DNA of 64,000 bases from Antedon mediterranea (taxonomy: Eukaryota; Animalia; Echinodermata): NCBI RefSeq assembly GCF_964355755.1, contig NC_092679.1, positions 11,391,432 through 11,455,431 on the forward strand, given 5' to 3'. The first letter of the stretch is position 1. The number at the start of each line of letters is the position of its first letter. Made by a program: the position numbers and the translations under genes. Of this stretch, positions 49,852-63,420 are shown piece after piece. The notes beneath the pieces are model-generated. The model was not told the DNA's origin. It saw nothing but the letters and a program-made list of their open reading frames with translations, and did no database searches.

Positions 49852-50533
49852 TCTAGAGGCCTAGATTCCCGGGAACTAGCCTAGCTAGGCTAGGCCTATC
49901 CGCATAAGACTTCATTCATGGTCATATTTGTTGGTCACTCACCATCACCGCCGCACAGCGGGTGAATTTTTTCAAATTGCCTAAGTGGAGCTTAGCCTAA
50001 GCTCGAGAGATTCTTTTGTACGAAAGTGCAATAGCACCCATTCTCGGCCTATCTGGCTAGCTAGTAGGCCGAGGCTACCTACGGTACCTACAACCTCTTA
50101 CTACTGTACTACTAGTACTAGGCTAGGCCTAGCCTGTACTAGCTGTAGGCTAGTCTCTCTAGCTATCTATGAAGTAGCCTAGCTAGTAGTCTAGAGTAGC
50201 CTAGTAGGCCTAGTACTAGTAGTACATAATAGACAGACGGCATTATAAACCAAAAGACCATCCGGTATACCAACCAGCTGCTTGGATGATTACGGGACGG
50301 TGAAATGTGCATTTCTAATTTAAAATTGATTAGTCTTAGGCCTAGAATATTAATTATTTATTGTTCTGCCGACCAATCTTAATTCTTACTCTTTTAAATT
50401 TATCCAAAAATGTCTGGTTTAACAAAGGCTTTTTTTATTATTAAATATTAAAATGTCGTCTTAAAATATACTGTCAATAACATTGTTATACAATCTTCAT
50501 CAGGGTTAATGAAGTCTGATGATGAATACTGAG

Positions 50534-53500
50534 ATGTCAATAAAGAAACAAGGTAATGCCAGTGGTAAATTTAAGCTAGCATGCCAACAAATTGTTGCTG
50601 GTGGTACAGCTGGTGAGTATAAAAGTTAAAATATCATTCATAACCACTCATCTTAATTATTCATTCTTTACATCGAGTTAAGTAAGGACAGTTAAGGCAG
50701 GGGCACCTCAAATAATAACCATACAAAAGTCATAGGTTCAAAAGCCATAGTTCTTGTGATAAAACAAGTCTTCTCGAATAATAATAAGCCTAAGGTAGAG
50801 TGTACACAGTAAGCTAATGAACCCAGTTGATCTTTCAGAAGAGTAGGGGTTTAACCGGTGTACTGGTCCATCTCAGCCCCTCAACCGAAAGAGACTCGTA
50901 ATGGAGGAAATCGTCTATACCAGCTGTGTGGAATTCAGCCAAGTAGACTGCGAGTTGCATGTTGTCATTTATCTATTATTTTCACTTTTTGTTATCTTTA
51001 ATGAATTTAATTGAAGCTGATACTTCTACTACAGTACTTATTGATAATAAATGTTTCTTTTATATGGACATTAGTGGCACATATGAAAAAGGAGGATGTG
51101 ATCATCATTAATTTGACAATATTATTCTGTTGTAGGTTTTGTTGAAGTTAGTCTTATGCAACCATTGGATTTGATTAAAACAAGGTAAATGGAAAATTAA
51201 TTGAATACAAACTTAAAAACAAATTTCAGTGACCAACTGATACCTCTGACAAAAGATTTTTCATATATTGTGATTATTATTGTGATGATCTATCATAACT
51301 TTATTTATGCTTATGAGATGTCTTCTGCATAAAAGCTTGGCCCACACCAATGTGTACACACACACATGCAATGCAATTTTAAACTGATTATGATCATGGA
51401 GCATGTTACAATCATGTTAAAACTAATAACATCCTCCACTTGATCATGGTCAGTAGAAGCATGGTCAGTAGAAGCATGGTCAGTAGAAGCATGGTCAGTA
51501 GAAGCATGGTCAGTAGAAGCATGATCATTATCATCTATAGTACTGTCATAACAATGAACTACATTCATTATCATACTTTTTGATGTTTTGTAAGCATGCA
51601 TTTTATTCTAAAATTGCATGTTTTTCTTTTCCAGATTTCAAATTCAATCCATCCATACAGAACAGTACTCATCAATAGGTGATTGCATAAAGAAAATATA
51701 CCAAAATGAAGGGTAAGATACCAATATCTACTAAGACATGCTTTTTAAAAGCTTACTGGTGGACAATCTGTAAATCCTTGGATGAAGTTTGTGTTTCTCA
51801 TTTAAAAAAACATGAAAAATGAAAATTAATTAAATCAGACTTTGAATAGGTTATTTTGTAGTGTTAATAGGGAGGTTTCGCAACCGTACGAATACGAAAA
51901 CGGATACGTCATACATTTGTGAAACTTTTGAGCTGATCCCCACTTCATATTCGTAAAGCGTATTTGTGTTGACGAATATCACCAGTCATATTCGTAACTA
52001 CAAAACGAGTATAGTTTTTGATCTATTTTGCACATTTTGCATTTGAATTAGGAATGATTCATGATTATAATACTAAAGTAATTTACTAAAATGCCAAGTC
52101 AATTTTGATAAATAGCAGTTTTTAAAGTCCTCACTTGCTTTGATGTTACGCTAGGCCTAGACAGCCAAGCACCAAGCAACACGTACCTGCGCTTCGCTCA
52201 AATTTAACGCAGTCATATTTTGGACGCGCCTCAATATTTCGTTGCCATGCGAAACAGATTTTTTTATGGCTTACGAAAACGAATACGTGTGCGTGACGTA
52301 TCCGTTTTCGTTATCGTATTCGTAAGATTGCGAAACCTCTCTAATAAGGTTAATCACTTCCGTAGAATAAACTAAATAATGCTTTCACTTATAAAATAAC
52401 AAAAAAATGGTTAAATTTATGAGAGACAACCTCTCATTCGTATTCGTATTCGTATTCGTATTATTGGAGTGTCATTTCCAGCCAACTAGAGGTGCTATTT
52501 ATCATGATTTTAACGTCGCGAGGAGTACCATTTCCAGCCATCTTCGAATGAGAGACAACCTTATTGTTAAGTATCCCTTAAAACAGATCGTTAAAGTTTC
52601 AACTAGGGATCGCGCATCACTTGATTTAATATATACTAATATGAGCGATGTTTTTAATGCACCTACTAAAGAATCACCTTTAGGACTGTCTGATCACAAC
52701 GTCATCGTATGCACCCCAATCGTAGGAACATTTAAGTCGCCTAACGTCTTCGCTTACCATACAAAACGTAGCTGTAAACCGGGTGCCAAGGAAAACTTTG
52801 AATGCGACATTAATAACATTAGATGGCAAGATCTATACCGAATGGATGGATGCTGTAACCAGTTTGAACTGTATCATAAGAACATTTCTGAACTCTTAAA
52901 TTTACAGTTCCCCCAAGTAACGATCAAAAGACTTCTTAAAGATAAGCCATGGGTAAATACTGCGTTTAAAGGTATCGTTTCTAGACGGCAAGCTGCTTTT
53001 GCAATTGACCCCATGTCTGCAGAATATAAGAAACTTAGAAATTTATCTAACCGAATGGCTAAATCTTTGAGAGGTGATTTTTATCGTAATAGTATTGCCC
53101 AGTTATTCTCGTCCGATTCTAATTCTTGGTGGAGGGGTATCAAACAATTTCTTAACCTAGGCAAGAGTACTAAGTACTTTAAAACTATGGCTAATGACTT
53201 ATGTAACGGTAACGTATACGATCTTACCACGAAAGTTAGTGGTTTTTTCCAGTCCCTTACTTCTGAGTTCAAACCCCTTGAACCAAAAACCAATGATAGT
53301 AACACTGTAGTACCACCCCATTTAATTATCACGCCAGAGACAATTGAGTCTAAGCTTAAACGTGTGAAATGTAATAAAGCCCCAGGCCCGGACGGAATCC
53401 CTCCGTGGGTACTACGTGATTTCGCCAATGTCCTCTCCAAGCCAATAAGTGCAATAGTTAACTCCAGTTTAAGGGAAGGGGTCCTTCCCATGCTTTGGAA

Positions 53501-56500
53501 GTCAGCCGATATAATCCTCATTCCAAAGGTTAACCCACCTAAGGTTCTTGAGAATGACTTGCGTCCTATTTCGCAGACTTCCACCACCATGAAAGTTATT
53601 GAAGGGATTGTAGGGGAAATGATTTGGGTCCAAATTAAAGATAAAATCAAGTTGAATCAATTTGGTTGCTCTAAGGGTGTGTCTACCACTGACGCTCTTA
53701 TAAATTTGTTAACCGAATGTTTTACTGCTACTGACCAAGGAGATGAAATGAGATTATTATTGCTTGATTTCAAAAAGGCTTATGATTTAATTGACCATAA
53801 TATATTAATTGAGAAGTTGCATAATTTAGGGGATGAAGACCATCTAATCTCTTGGATCTATGCTTTTCTCTATGATAGAAAACAACGTGTTAAACTAGGC
53901 GATGAATTGTCCCCATGGACAGTCGTTAAGGGCGGTATCCCCCAGGGATCCTGGTTGGGGCCCATGTTGTTTATCATCTTTGTTGACGATCTTCTGGATG
54001 GGGTGCCGTGCATGAAATACATGGACGACACCTCCATCCATGAACGCGTCGGCAACGATGGGGCAACTGTACTCCAAACCACTCTTGACGAAACTGTCCA
54101 GTGGGCTAATGATAACAATATGTCCCTTAATATTAAGAAAACGAAAGAGATGAGAATTAGTTGTAAAAGGTCAAAGACTGCTTTTGAGCCACTCCATGTT
54201 GGAGATTGTAATCTGGAACGTGTTGACGAATTTAAACTCCTTGGTGTAATTATTTCTCATAATTTATCATGGCAACCTCATATTGACAAAATGATTAGTA
54301 AATGTAATTCTAGAATGTACTTTCTCAAACAGGTGCGGAGGGCAGGCCTGGATGCCCCCGCACTTGTCCAATTTTATACTAGTATCATTAGACCAATATT
54401 AGAATATGCGGCCCCAGTTTGGGGATCAAATATTACGAAACAACAGAGTCAACAACTTGAACAAATTCAGAGAAGGGCCTTTAAATGTATTTTTCCGCAT
54501 GCTTCTTATTTCGATGCCCGCAGCTTCCTTGGTTTTTCTACCTTAGAAGACCGCCGTGTTCGACTGTGCAAGGATTTTTTTGTTAAAATCAGACCCCAGT
54601 CACAGATTGAATCATTTGTTACCGGAGGCTCCTTCTGCTGCTTATAATCTTAGAAGACTCAGTGAGTTCTGTATCCCTAGAGTTAAAACTAACCGTTCAA
54701 AAATGTTTATTATTAATCACGGACTATTCCAAAAATGGTAAACATTTAGTGTTCTGTTTTCCGCGACCTTTTGTACCATTGTGTGTAAATATTATTGAAT
54801 AGTTCTGAAGTTTTTGAAATGTTTGAACTTTTTAAAAATTTAAAAAATTTTTAAATTTTTATACTGCAGGCCTATATCAATATTCTGTTGTTTTCAGTTA
54901 AACTTGTTTTTAACATTGTGAATATATATATATATAGTTTTTATAATAATTAATATTTAATTGAAATTTTGTTTTAAATTTTTGATTGTATGTTCTACCT
55001 TTCTTAATGTTTTTTATATTTTTTTATTGCATTTTATTTTTCTGAGTGAAACGCTTTTGTTAAACTTCAATCTTTCGTTTGATTGCAATAAAGTTCTATT
55101 CGTATTCGTATTCATTCGTATTCGTATTCAACCAAAATCCTATTGGCTGGCAGACAATTTGACTATTTTTCGCTTTAAATTACAGTTTTTTCAGGTAAAT
55201 AATTTTTTTTTTTCGATTCAATGTTTGGTCAAGATAACTAATATGTGACATTAAAATAGCATATTAAAAAAAAATAAATTGTAAAAATTATTTTTTCAGG
55301 GCGACAATACATCTTTAACAGTAAATACTACATAAAATCTTTTTTTTTTTCAGTGCACCGATTAAATACATCATATAGGCACTCAGAAGTATGATAAAAT
55401 TATTGATGTTTTGTAAAAAATATATACTGTATATTACATTACAAACATATCAGGTCATTCCTTGTTCTATGATTAATTGTGATAAAAAGATAAAACAATG
55501 TAGCTTAGATGTAGTTTGCATGAGGCTCCAGTCGTAGCCTTCTAACAGCGGTAACCTACCAACATCATACCCTAGCTATAGATAGATCTAGCTTTGTCTC
55601 ATTGCTGAATTCATTGTCTTTTTTTTTTGGCAGAATCCATTATACAAATCGGGGAAGACATGGTATTTAAAAAGTTTATGGTTCTTGCCTTTTTTTTTCT
55701 TAACGATTGACTCTTACTTAAAGGTGGGTGCATCACAGGAGCAAAATGAAAATATCAATTCGTGCGTGATGCATGCTGGTATTTATAGCGGGCCACTTAA
55801 ATTATTGGTTATCCGTACTTGGCGGATAACCCCTTGTTATTGTCAGGATCTGTTTTTTGTTTTTCTTTTTTTTTCTATATTCTTCTTTCTTTCCATGAAA
55901 TTTGTTCGCAGCATATCACTAATTCTGGCCAACATAAGATTGTATAACTTTGTCATAAGATTGACCTGTAGCTGTAGATGTGCAAGAAACTTGCTTGTTT
56001 TATGATTTTCGAGTCGCGCAGCGTAAGTTATGCGCGATTTTATGAATGTCAATGCTTAATCATAGATCAAAAACCAAAAGTCATTTTGTATTGAAACTTG
56101 GTGAAAATTTATGTCATATCATGCGCAAACTTTCTATGGATTTAAAATTGCATGTTTCACATTGCAAGATTTCAAAAAATAAATTTTTAATCAACTTTCT
56201 ATGCATTTCATGTCCTTTTGAGCATTTCAAAAATTCCCACGTGCACGTAGCGCAAAACAAGTATTTTTTTGGCATGATTTTTGTTTTTCCAACCTTTTCT
56301 AGTATTTTATCAACTTTTCAAACAATTTCGACTTAAAATCACGTCATACGAGCATCTCAAATTGGACAATTTGCGCGTGTTTTTGATGAAAAAGTTCCAA
56401 AAGTTGTGAAAATTATCTTTCTTTTAAACAGTCGTAGATTCTAAACTACGTGGTGAACTTTTTAAAAATTATATATTCTGGAAGTAGATGAGTTGTAAAT

Positions 56501-59500
56501 ATCGAAACATGCATGAATCTGGCTAACCGGACATTGTGACATCATCATATGGCCACTCAAATATAAAATATAGGATTTTTGTATCTTTCGTCATAGCTCA
56601 TCACATTAAATAGAGCGCATTTCCACTTATCCGTATTCAATTTTCTCCCATTTTTTTTATACAGTATTGTCTAGTTTAATAAATTATCTTTCGCATGATT
56701 CACCATTTTTAAAATTGTGATAACGTCATCATGTTCAAAAGCATCAATAACTTTGATCACTTATTTTCACCTATTCTGCACTGTATGTAGTATGTATACA
56801 GTATATAGTGTATACTGTATATACTTAGACGTGACACAAACTTTAAGTTATAGTTTACTTTTTTTTCACATGTTTACTGAAAATTTATTGCAATACCTCA
56901 TATAGTATTTATGTAGTTTGTGACTTTAAAATAAACCCAAAAATTGTTGGGAAAGTATCTTTAAGGCTACTTTGATCTATATTTCTTTAGCTTCCTTCCA
57001 TCACCTAACTTTATCTTCTTCATCTTTTCTTATTTTTCAGTATTCTATCCTTCTACAAAGGGATTTTGCCTCCAATTTTGGCAGATGTTCCAAAACGTGC
57101 AACAAAATTCTTCACATTTGAACAGTATAAACAGTTGTTTTCCTTTGGTGCTCCCTCTCCAACTGCTCTTGTAAGTATGATTAAATCATTTATTAGACCC
57201 AATTAAAATGATTTGATGTTTTTCCAACGGCGATAAAAATTAGATTAAAAAGCGCAGTAAAAATCATGTTTTCCCAAATGTTTATACCAAAAGGCCATGC
57301 ACTTTTAGTTTACATACATTTTAAACAGTGTTGGAATGGGCCAAAACAATTACGTTTTACCAGATCCTGAAAGCTATAAATCTGCTTTCACATTACGCTA
57401 CGCTGAGAAAAATATCGTGGAAAATAGGAGCTTTCACACCAAATTTGTTCAGGGTGTCGAACCGAATCCGTGCTTTAATGGGATCAAGTTTAATTTAAGT
57501 TTATTTCGTAAATTGCCAATTGTAACATTATCTTTCTCTCATTATTTTTAGAGAGTTGCAGTTATAAATACATTTTTACATTATTTTGAATTTAATCTAG
57601 AGCTTCACTTTAGCTGGTTTGGCATCAGGGGTTACGGAAGGATTTCTGATTAATCCGTTTGAGGTAGTTAAAGTTAGACTTCAAGCAGAAAATCAAGTTT
57701 TTTCAAAGGTGAGAAAAATTATTGATTCAATTATTATTAAAACACAGCACAAAACCTTTTTGATCATAAGGTTTTTTTAGGGAAAGCAATGTTCATAATT
57801 TACTAGCATTTTCTGGTATGATTTGCATGTTATGATGATGCATTATATCTAGTTATTTTGTTTTACTGTATTCTATGTGCATCCAACATCATAACTTATG
57901 TGTCTTCATAAAATTCAAAACAATTATGCATGTTTCTACATGAAACAAAATTTAAATACAAACTAGAAAGCCACTCCGAGAGTGCCTACTGTAAAATTCT
58001 CCTACATAAGATTTCTCCGGTAAAAAAAGAAATATATATATATTTGTGTGTTTCTTAATGCTGTTTGTGATTTAGGCTAATTTCACTTTAAGCATGTGTA
58101 TGCGAGTTTGGTGTAATGGTTATGTAACCAGCCTTTCAATTAACAATAGCTTCAGTTGATTAACAATAGAACAGCAACGCGAAAATCAAACGAGTGAATT
58201 TGAAAAGAAATAGGTTTTTTAAACTACTCGCATAAAAAAACGTGCACATTAAATCAAATTATGTTTTAAAATTACAAATCACAAATTATAACTCTTGCCT
58301 CTTGTACAAAAATGAAATTTTTTGGACAAGTAGTTCTAAAAAAAATGCAATTTCAGTTTATTCTTACTTTAAGACTGCTCGCCGGCTTTTGAAAAAATTT
58401 GTCCTATCTTTTAACACTAGCAGGTCTGAAAAGTATACTAAAAAAGTGGTCCAGAATTGGGACCATGGTCCCAAATGGTCCCAACATTTAATGGAATGGT
58501 CCTTGACCACATATCTATCTGTATATTCATTTTTATAAAGATCTTGTAATTACTTTTTGAGTAATTCTGCTAACAAACAAACAAACAGACGCTACCGACT
58601 ACATATACCTTCTTGGCGGAGGTAAAAAATAATTAGAAAAAAAGATACAGATCAGAACTAAAAAATATTGTTATGTACATACCCACAAGCACAAAAGAGC
58701 CACACATTTGTTCATAAATGTTGGACAATAGTGTGATAATAAGCTGTTTTAATGTTGAGAAATTGTTCTAGCTATCAATTTCTTTTTTCATTATCTTCTG
58801 TCACTTTAATTAATTAAAAAAACATTAAAAGCATGAAACACTTTTTTTGAATATTTATAGTAAATTTTGTTTGAGTATTAAATTTTAATTTTAATGAAGT
58901 TCATTTATTGTACTCTTTGTCTTAAATATGTAATTGCATACTGTGTCATTTTTTATATTGACAGCAAATTAGTGCATGGTCTATGGCAAAAGTCATTGTA
59001 CATGAAAATGGTTTTGGTCTGTCAGGCTTGAATAAAGGCCTCACGTCAACACTTTTTAGACATGGCATCTTCAATATGATCTACTTTAGTTTTTATCATA
59101 ATATCAAAGGATACATGAAACCATACCAGGTGAGATTTTTTTATTTGAACTTCAATTTAACTAAATTTATAACTGTAAACAGATGAATTTGTGATAAGCA
59201 AAAATGGGTAAACACACGGCATGAAGCAAACACAAAAGGCACAATTGTGTTACAATACAGAATGATGTTACTTTTATGGCTTTTGTAACATTTTCATATT
59301 TCTAGAAAATCATATCGAATTAAGACATGCATTATATAATAAGTACATTAGTAAGTAAAAATAAGTTGTGAATAGTGGCTGTAGCTTGGTGGTTACTTAC
59401 CAGTCCCTGGATTGTAGGCTGGGTTGTCAGCACTAGAGACGATTAGGCCTGGACAATCGGGTTAAGGTTAACTTAACTAAGGGCTAACCTAACTAAGGGC

Positions 59501-61133
59501 TAACCTCTACATAAACAACCAATAATCATCCAAATACAAAATCATGCAGCCAATTTTCCTAAAGGAATTAAACTACCGGGCTATGATACTATCAGGCCCT
59601 TAAAAATTGTTCTTCGGTCGTCCTGGTTGACATCCTGTTTCTGAGTACAAAGATTGACAACGACTATAAACTACCGAAGCCTTATTCACAGAAGATTTAA
59701 GAAAGCATTGTTTTATTTCTGACAAAGAAGTTTTACAGCCAAACACACCCATGAATAATAAACATTGTATGAAAACCACTGACATTAAGTTTGGCGGTGG
59801 TGTTTGATTGCTTTGCAAACGTGCCCTTTTACAAAGTAACACACCTTGCCACTTGCTTGCTTAATTTCTGTTTTAGTTTTTGTTTTTATGTACGTTCATT
59901 ACGACTGTGACGGCCAGACGTTCTAAAGTCAATCATTACTGTGTACTGTCTGAGAGCTGCCTTATTGGACATTTATTCAAAATTAAACAGTAAAACAAAA
60001 CAAAATAGATTGTACATTCAGGCTTTCAATGAAAGTAAATATTTGATTTTATATAACACCTATATAAATTCCTGTCGTTTGATTGGACGAATGTGGGTCA
60101 CATGGCGTGCAATAGTACGCACTATTCAACGATCGTTAAATAGTACTTTTTGAAACATTTTTGTGTACGAAAAAAAAACGTCTAGATGTTATATAAAACA
60201 AATAATGAATGTTTTGTATTCGTGTAATGGTACAAGTAATGGCACTTGGTGAATGATGAAAGGTTATATCAACTCGGCTTTGCCTCGTTGATATAACCTT
60301 TCATCATTCACCTTGTGCCATTATTTGTACCATTGCACTCATAAACATTCATTATTTGTATACCATTCAACTCATAATCGTTCAATGTACAATTATTGAA
60401 CAAAATATAAGCATAATTATATCAATCAATATGGTTGCTTTAATAGTTGAAATGCTTATTTTTGTTAGGATAAAAAACTTGAATTTCTTCGTAAATTCAT
60501 GATAGGTCTTACTGGTGGAAGTATAGCATCATGTATTAACATTCCATTTGATGTTGCCAAGAGTCGTATACAAGGACCACAACCTACTGCTGGCCACATC
60601 AAATATAAAACCTGTTTACGTACGATTCATACTGTCTATGTGGAAGAAGGGTATGTTGAAAATATTACATTTATATTTACTATAGTTGAAACAAAATGAT
60701 TCCATATATATATCCACTAACCCCGAGTTGAATGATAGTTAAGTGAGTATGTTCTGTACATCACCCCAAACCATTCAAGAATTAAGACTTACACATTATT
60801 ATCAAGAAAGCCATAAAATTGCCTACTGTACATGATCACATTTTCACATCATCCACTGTTTCGAATAGTGTACCAAGTTCTTTATCATGCCCATGCGCAA
60901 TATTATAGTGTAGGTTTAAAAAAGATTGCTAACAGTTAGTATAGGAGTATTTTTTATATATATAAACACTATATTTCTTGAAAATTAAACACTTTGGTCA
61001 TATGTATTTACATTTCAGGGTGAAAGCTTTGTATAAAGGTCTTTTACCAAAAATGCTACGTCTAGGTCCTGGGGGCGCTATAATGCTGCTTGTTAATGAG
61101 CATGTGCTTGATTGGTTGCAGAATAACACTTGA
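50534..61133 (+). CDS. SLC25A21: Mitochondrial 2-oxodicarboxylate carrier (ODC), 8 coding exons, 301 aa
   Basis: Exons 50534-50612, 51136-51184, 51635-51712, 57041-57170, 57601-57708, 58965-59129, 60469-60650, 61019-61133. All introns are GT-AG with consistent phases, 906 nt in total. Three carrier signatures (PLDLIKTRFQ, PFEVVKVRLQ, PFDVAKSRIQ) plus ODC-typical FYKGILPPILA..PKRA.KFFTFEQYK, RHGIFNMIYF and LYKGLLPK.LRLGPGGAIMLLV. Confidence 0.95.
50690..50975 (+). mobile_element. Old copy of the Deu/Nin-domain SINE in SLC25A21 intron 1
   Basis: ggttcaaaa..ccatagttcttgtgat..gtcttctcgaata..gtgtacaca..gagtaggggtttaaccggtgtactgg parallels the reverse complement of 41340-41500. Confidence 0.55.
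51443..51523. repeat. 15-bp minisatellite (catggtcagtagaag) x5
   Basis: Directly visible. It produces the DHAST repeat in spurious ORF 51311..51601. Confidence 0.9.
51869..52342. mobile_element. PIF/Harbinger-like MITE
   Basis: AAT|AGGGAGGTTTCGCAACCGTACGAATACGA..CGGATACGTCA and TGACGTATCCG..TCGTATTCGTAAGATTGCGAAACCTCTCT|AAT, with a 3-bp TSD AAT. Confidence 0.75.
52420..55129 (+). mobile_element. Young 5'-truncated CR1/L2-group LINE (APE C-terminus plus complete RT), in SLC25A21 intron 3
   Basis: ORF 52407..54647 has LDLIYTN, LGLSDH, KAPGPDGIP, LDFKKAYD, GIPQGSWLGP and KYMDD. One frameshift near 54590 continues into 54556..54741 (HRLNHLLP..YNLR). 3' UTR, AATAAA at 55088 and an (ATTCGT)n tail. 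Confidence 0.92.
55803..56640 (-). mobile_element. DINE-1/Helentron-associated-like non-autonomous element (tentative)
   Basis: Terminal hairpin ggttatccg-tacttgg-cggataacc at 55807-55831, next to a T-rich simple repeat. The far boundary is uncertain. Confidence 0.35.
57958..58625 (+). mobile_element. DINE-1/Helentron-associated-like non-autonomous element
   Basis: Starts aactagaaagccactccgagagtgc (short hairpin). Ends with (CAAA)n and the stem-loop accttcttggcggaggt followed by an A-run. Confidence 0.5.
60050..60363 (+). mobile_element. Compact copy of the hairpin-family (Crypton-like) element in SLC25A21 intron 6
   Basis: 5' end is shared with 366-470. The 3' ~165 bp is a palindrome centred on caac-tcggctttgcctc-gttg. 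Confidence 0.65.
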
Positions 61134-62547
61134 TGAATGAAGATGAATTTGATAAAGGTAAGAGAAATCATCAGTTTTTTTAAGTTCTCTTAAATATCTT
61201 GCATTCTGTAATCTCCTTCGCTCTTGCACATTCTCTCCCACCCAGTGATTTGGATTGTAAAAGTTATAGCTAGTTCATTCAATATCTGTAGCTAAAAAAA
61301 ATGATAATTCCTTCATAAAATTGTAAAGATTAGTTGGGATTATAAAAGAATAATAAATTAATGTAGACTCAACTGGGAAATAGTATACAAATGAATGAAT
61401 GGTACAAATAATTTCATAAGGTAAAAATAGAACTATGTAATTATTAGTTCCATTGCAGGAATATAAAACATTTATTATAAATAACACGCCTACTTTTAAC
61501 GAGAGGCAAAGATCTTAAACCATTTGACGAGTGTTCCAATTTTATAACAATTATAGACTCTGCACGAATGCACATATAAAATTCAATGGGCATATAACAA
61601 AATTGCACTCTTGATAATGTAAGAGTTTAATGGAAGTGGTTGAGTTGAATATCACGTGATCCACAATCCTCCAATCAAATGACAAGATTCTAGTTAGGTG
61701 CTGAAAATGCTTGAGCTTGCTGTAAATGTTGATTTTGTCGTGATACTATTCTACATCCCTTGACTTTATCTTTATCAACCCATTCAATATTTTTAGAATA
61801 ATGAATGTTTTTTTTTTCTTGAAAGTTGACCGGAAGAATCAATTAACATGAGCAGTATTCAACGCAATCATTTTAGAATAATACATCAACACATTTGGAT
61901 ATTTTTAAAGGAATGAATGTAGAGAATTAGTATACAGTACTTTTAAAACAAGAGATGAGCTATTTAATTTTTAACAATTCATACCAAAATGTATTTTACT
62001 ATAGTTCAATTATTTGTTATAAAATACTTTGATTGTCGTCTACTAGTTAAAATCTGTATTGGAAAAAATATTTCTACTATTTTTGTACAATTATTAATGC
62101 TGCTAAATATTTACTACCAATAATGTATTTATGAAATGTGTTAGTATAAGTTAACTAATTATGTAAAAAAAATAGTTTTACATATAAAATCTTCCATATT
62201 TTTTGACTAATATATATTTTAACATTCTATAAAATATGCAGTTTCGAATGAAATGAGAAAAACTGCCCAGTGATTTACTGAAATGATTAATTTATTATAA
62301 GCAAATTGGCGAAAATGAGTCTGCTAAATATATATATATTTTAAATAATCAGTGCTGAAATGTACCAAACAAATAAATGTCTGTTTTTCAGTGTATTTGT
62401 CATTTGTGTACATTATTTTCCATCGAAGAGAAGTCTCGTATATTGAAATAATCGTTCAGTTATGGACGAATAAAGAATCTTTAATCCTAAATTATGGATT
62501 ATAACATGGATTATAACATGGATTATAACATAGTATAGTTAGATAGA

Positions 62548-63420
62548 GGGACTGTTGAACCCACAAATGTGAAAACGCCCACAAATGTGAAAACAACCAC
62601 AAATGTGAAAACGCATCACCCACAAATGTGAAAACAACCACAAATGTGAAAACGCATCACCCACAAATGTGAAAACAACCACAAATGTGAAAACGCATCA
62701 ACCACAAATGTGAAAACAGCGCCCACAAATGTGAAAACGATCATCGCCCACAAATGTGATAACGCCCACAAATGTAAAAACAAGAGAGACTTTTTCGCCC
62801 ACAAATGTAAAAAAATCAGATCAAATTTAATGCTAGATTCAGACAAACATTATATCATGATTGTATTGAGTTGTTTGTTCACGATACGTCTGTTAGGGTC
62901 GTCGTTAACACGTTGGATAATAATCATTTGCTGCTCGTGCGCGCGATATTTGCACGTTAACTCGTTTGTTTAATGAACGTAATAGTTCAAGACGATATTT
63001 GTTATTTGCTGCGCGCGTGCACGATACTACAAGGTCAAGGCCATGTTATATCATTGTTGCTTCTACTGTGTGGTTGTTGGCTTACTATTATGTACGTATA
63101 GTTATAAGTCGATGTTCGATATTTTTTTTTTGCGCGCACACGATACAATAAGGTCAAGGTTAAATTGCTACTTGTATGTAGTGTGTGGTTATTAACTCGT
63201 TGGCTTACTGTTATGTACGTATGTTCCAAGTCGATGCTCGATTCGATGTTTTTGGGCGCGTACACGATACTACAAGGTCATATATCATTGCTGCTTGAAG
63301 TGCAGTTGGGCTTACTATATTTATTAGTATTATGTACGTATTATAGCTCCAAGTCGATGCTCGGTGTACACGATACTACAAGATCAATGCTATACTCGTC
63401 GTTCAGTTATTGCAGTAGTT
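62548..63420. mobile_element. Left end of a MULE-like element with (cccacaaatgtgaaaac) subterminal repeats and internal ~110-125-bp repeats
   Basis: GGGACTGTTGAACCCACAAATGTG.. about 11 units to 62810. cacgatac(t)acaaggtca-like motif recurs at about 63020, 63139, 63263 and 63369. Right end not seen in the window. Confidence 0.6.

Noticed and set aside
52407-52500. Signal-peptide-like N-terminus (FVFVFVFVLL) on the RT ORF, suggesting a domesticated gene
   Set aside because: The hydrophobic run is the translated (ATTCGT)n microsatellite. The ORF is a truncated, frameshifted LINE with its tail intact.
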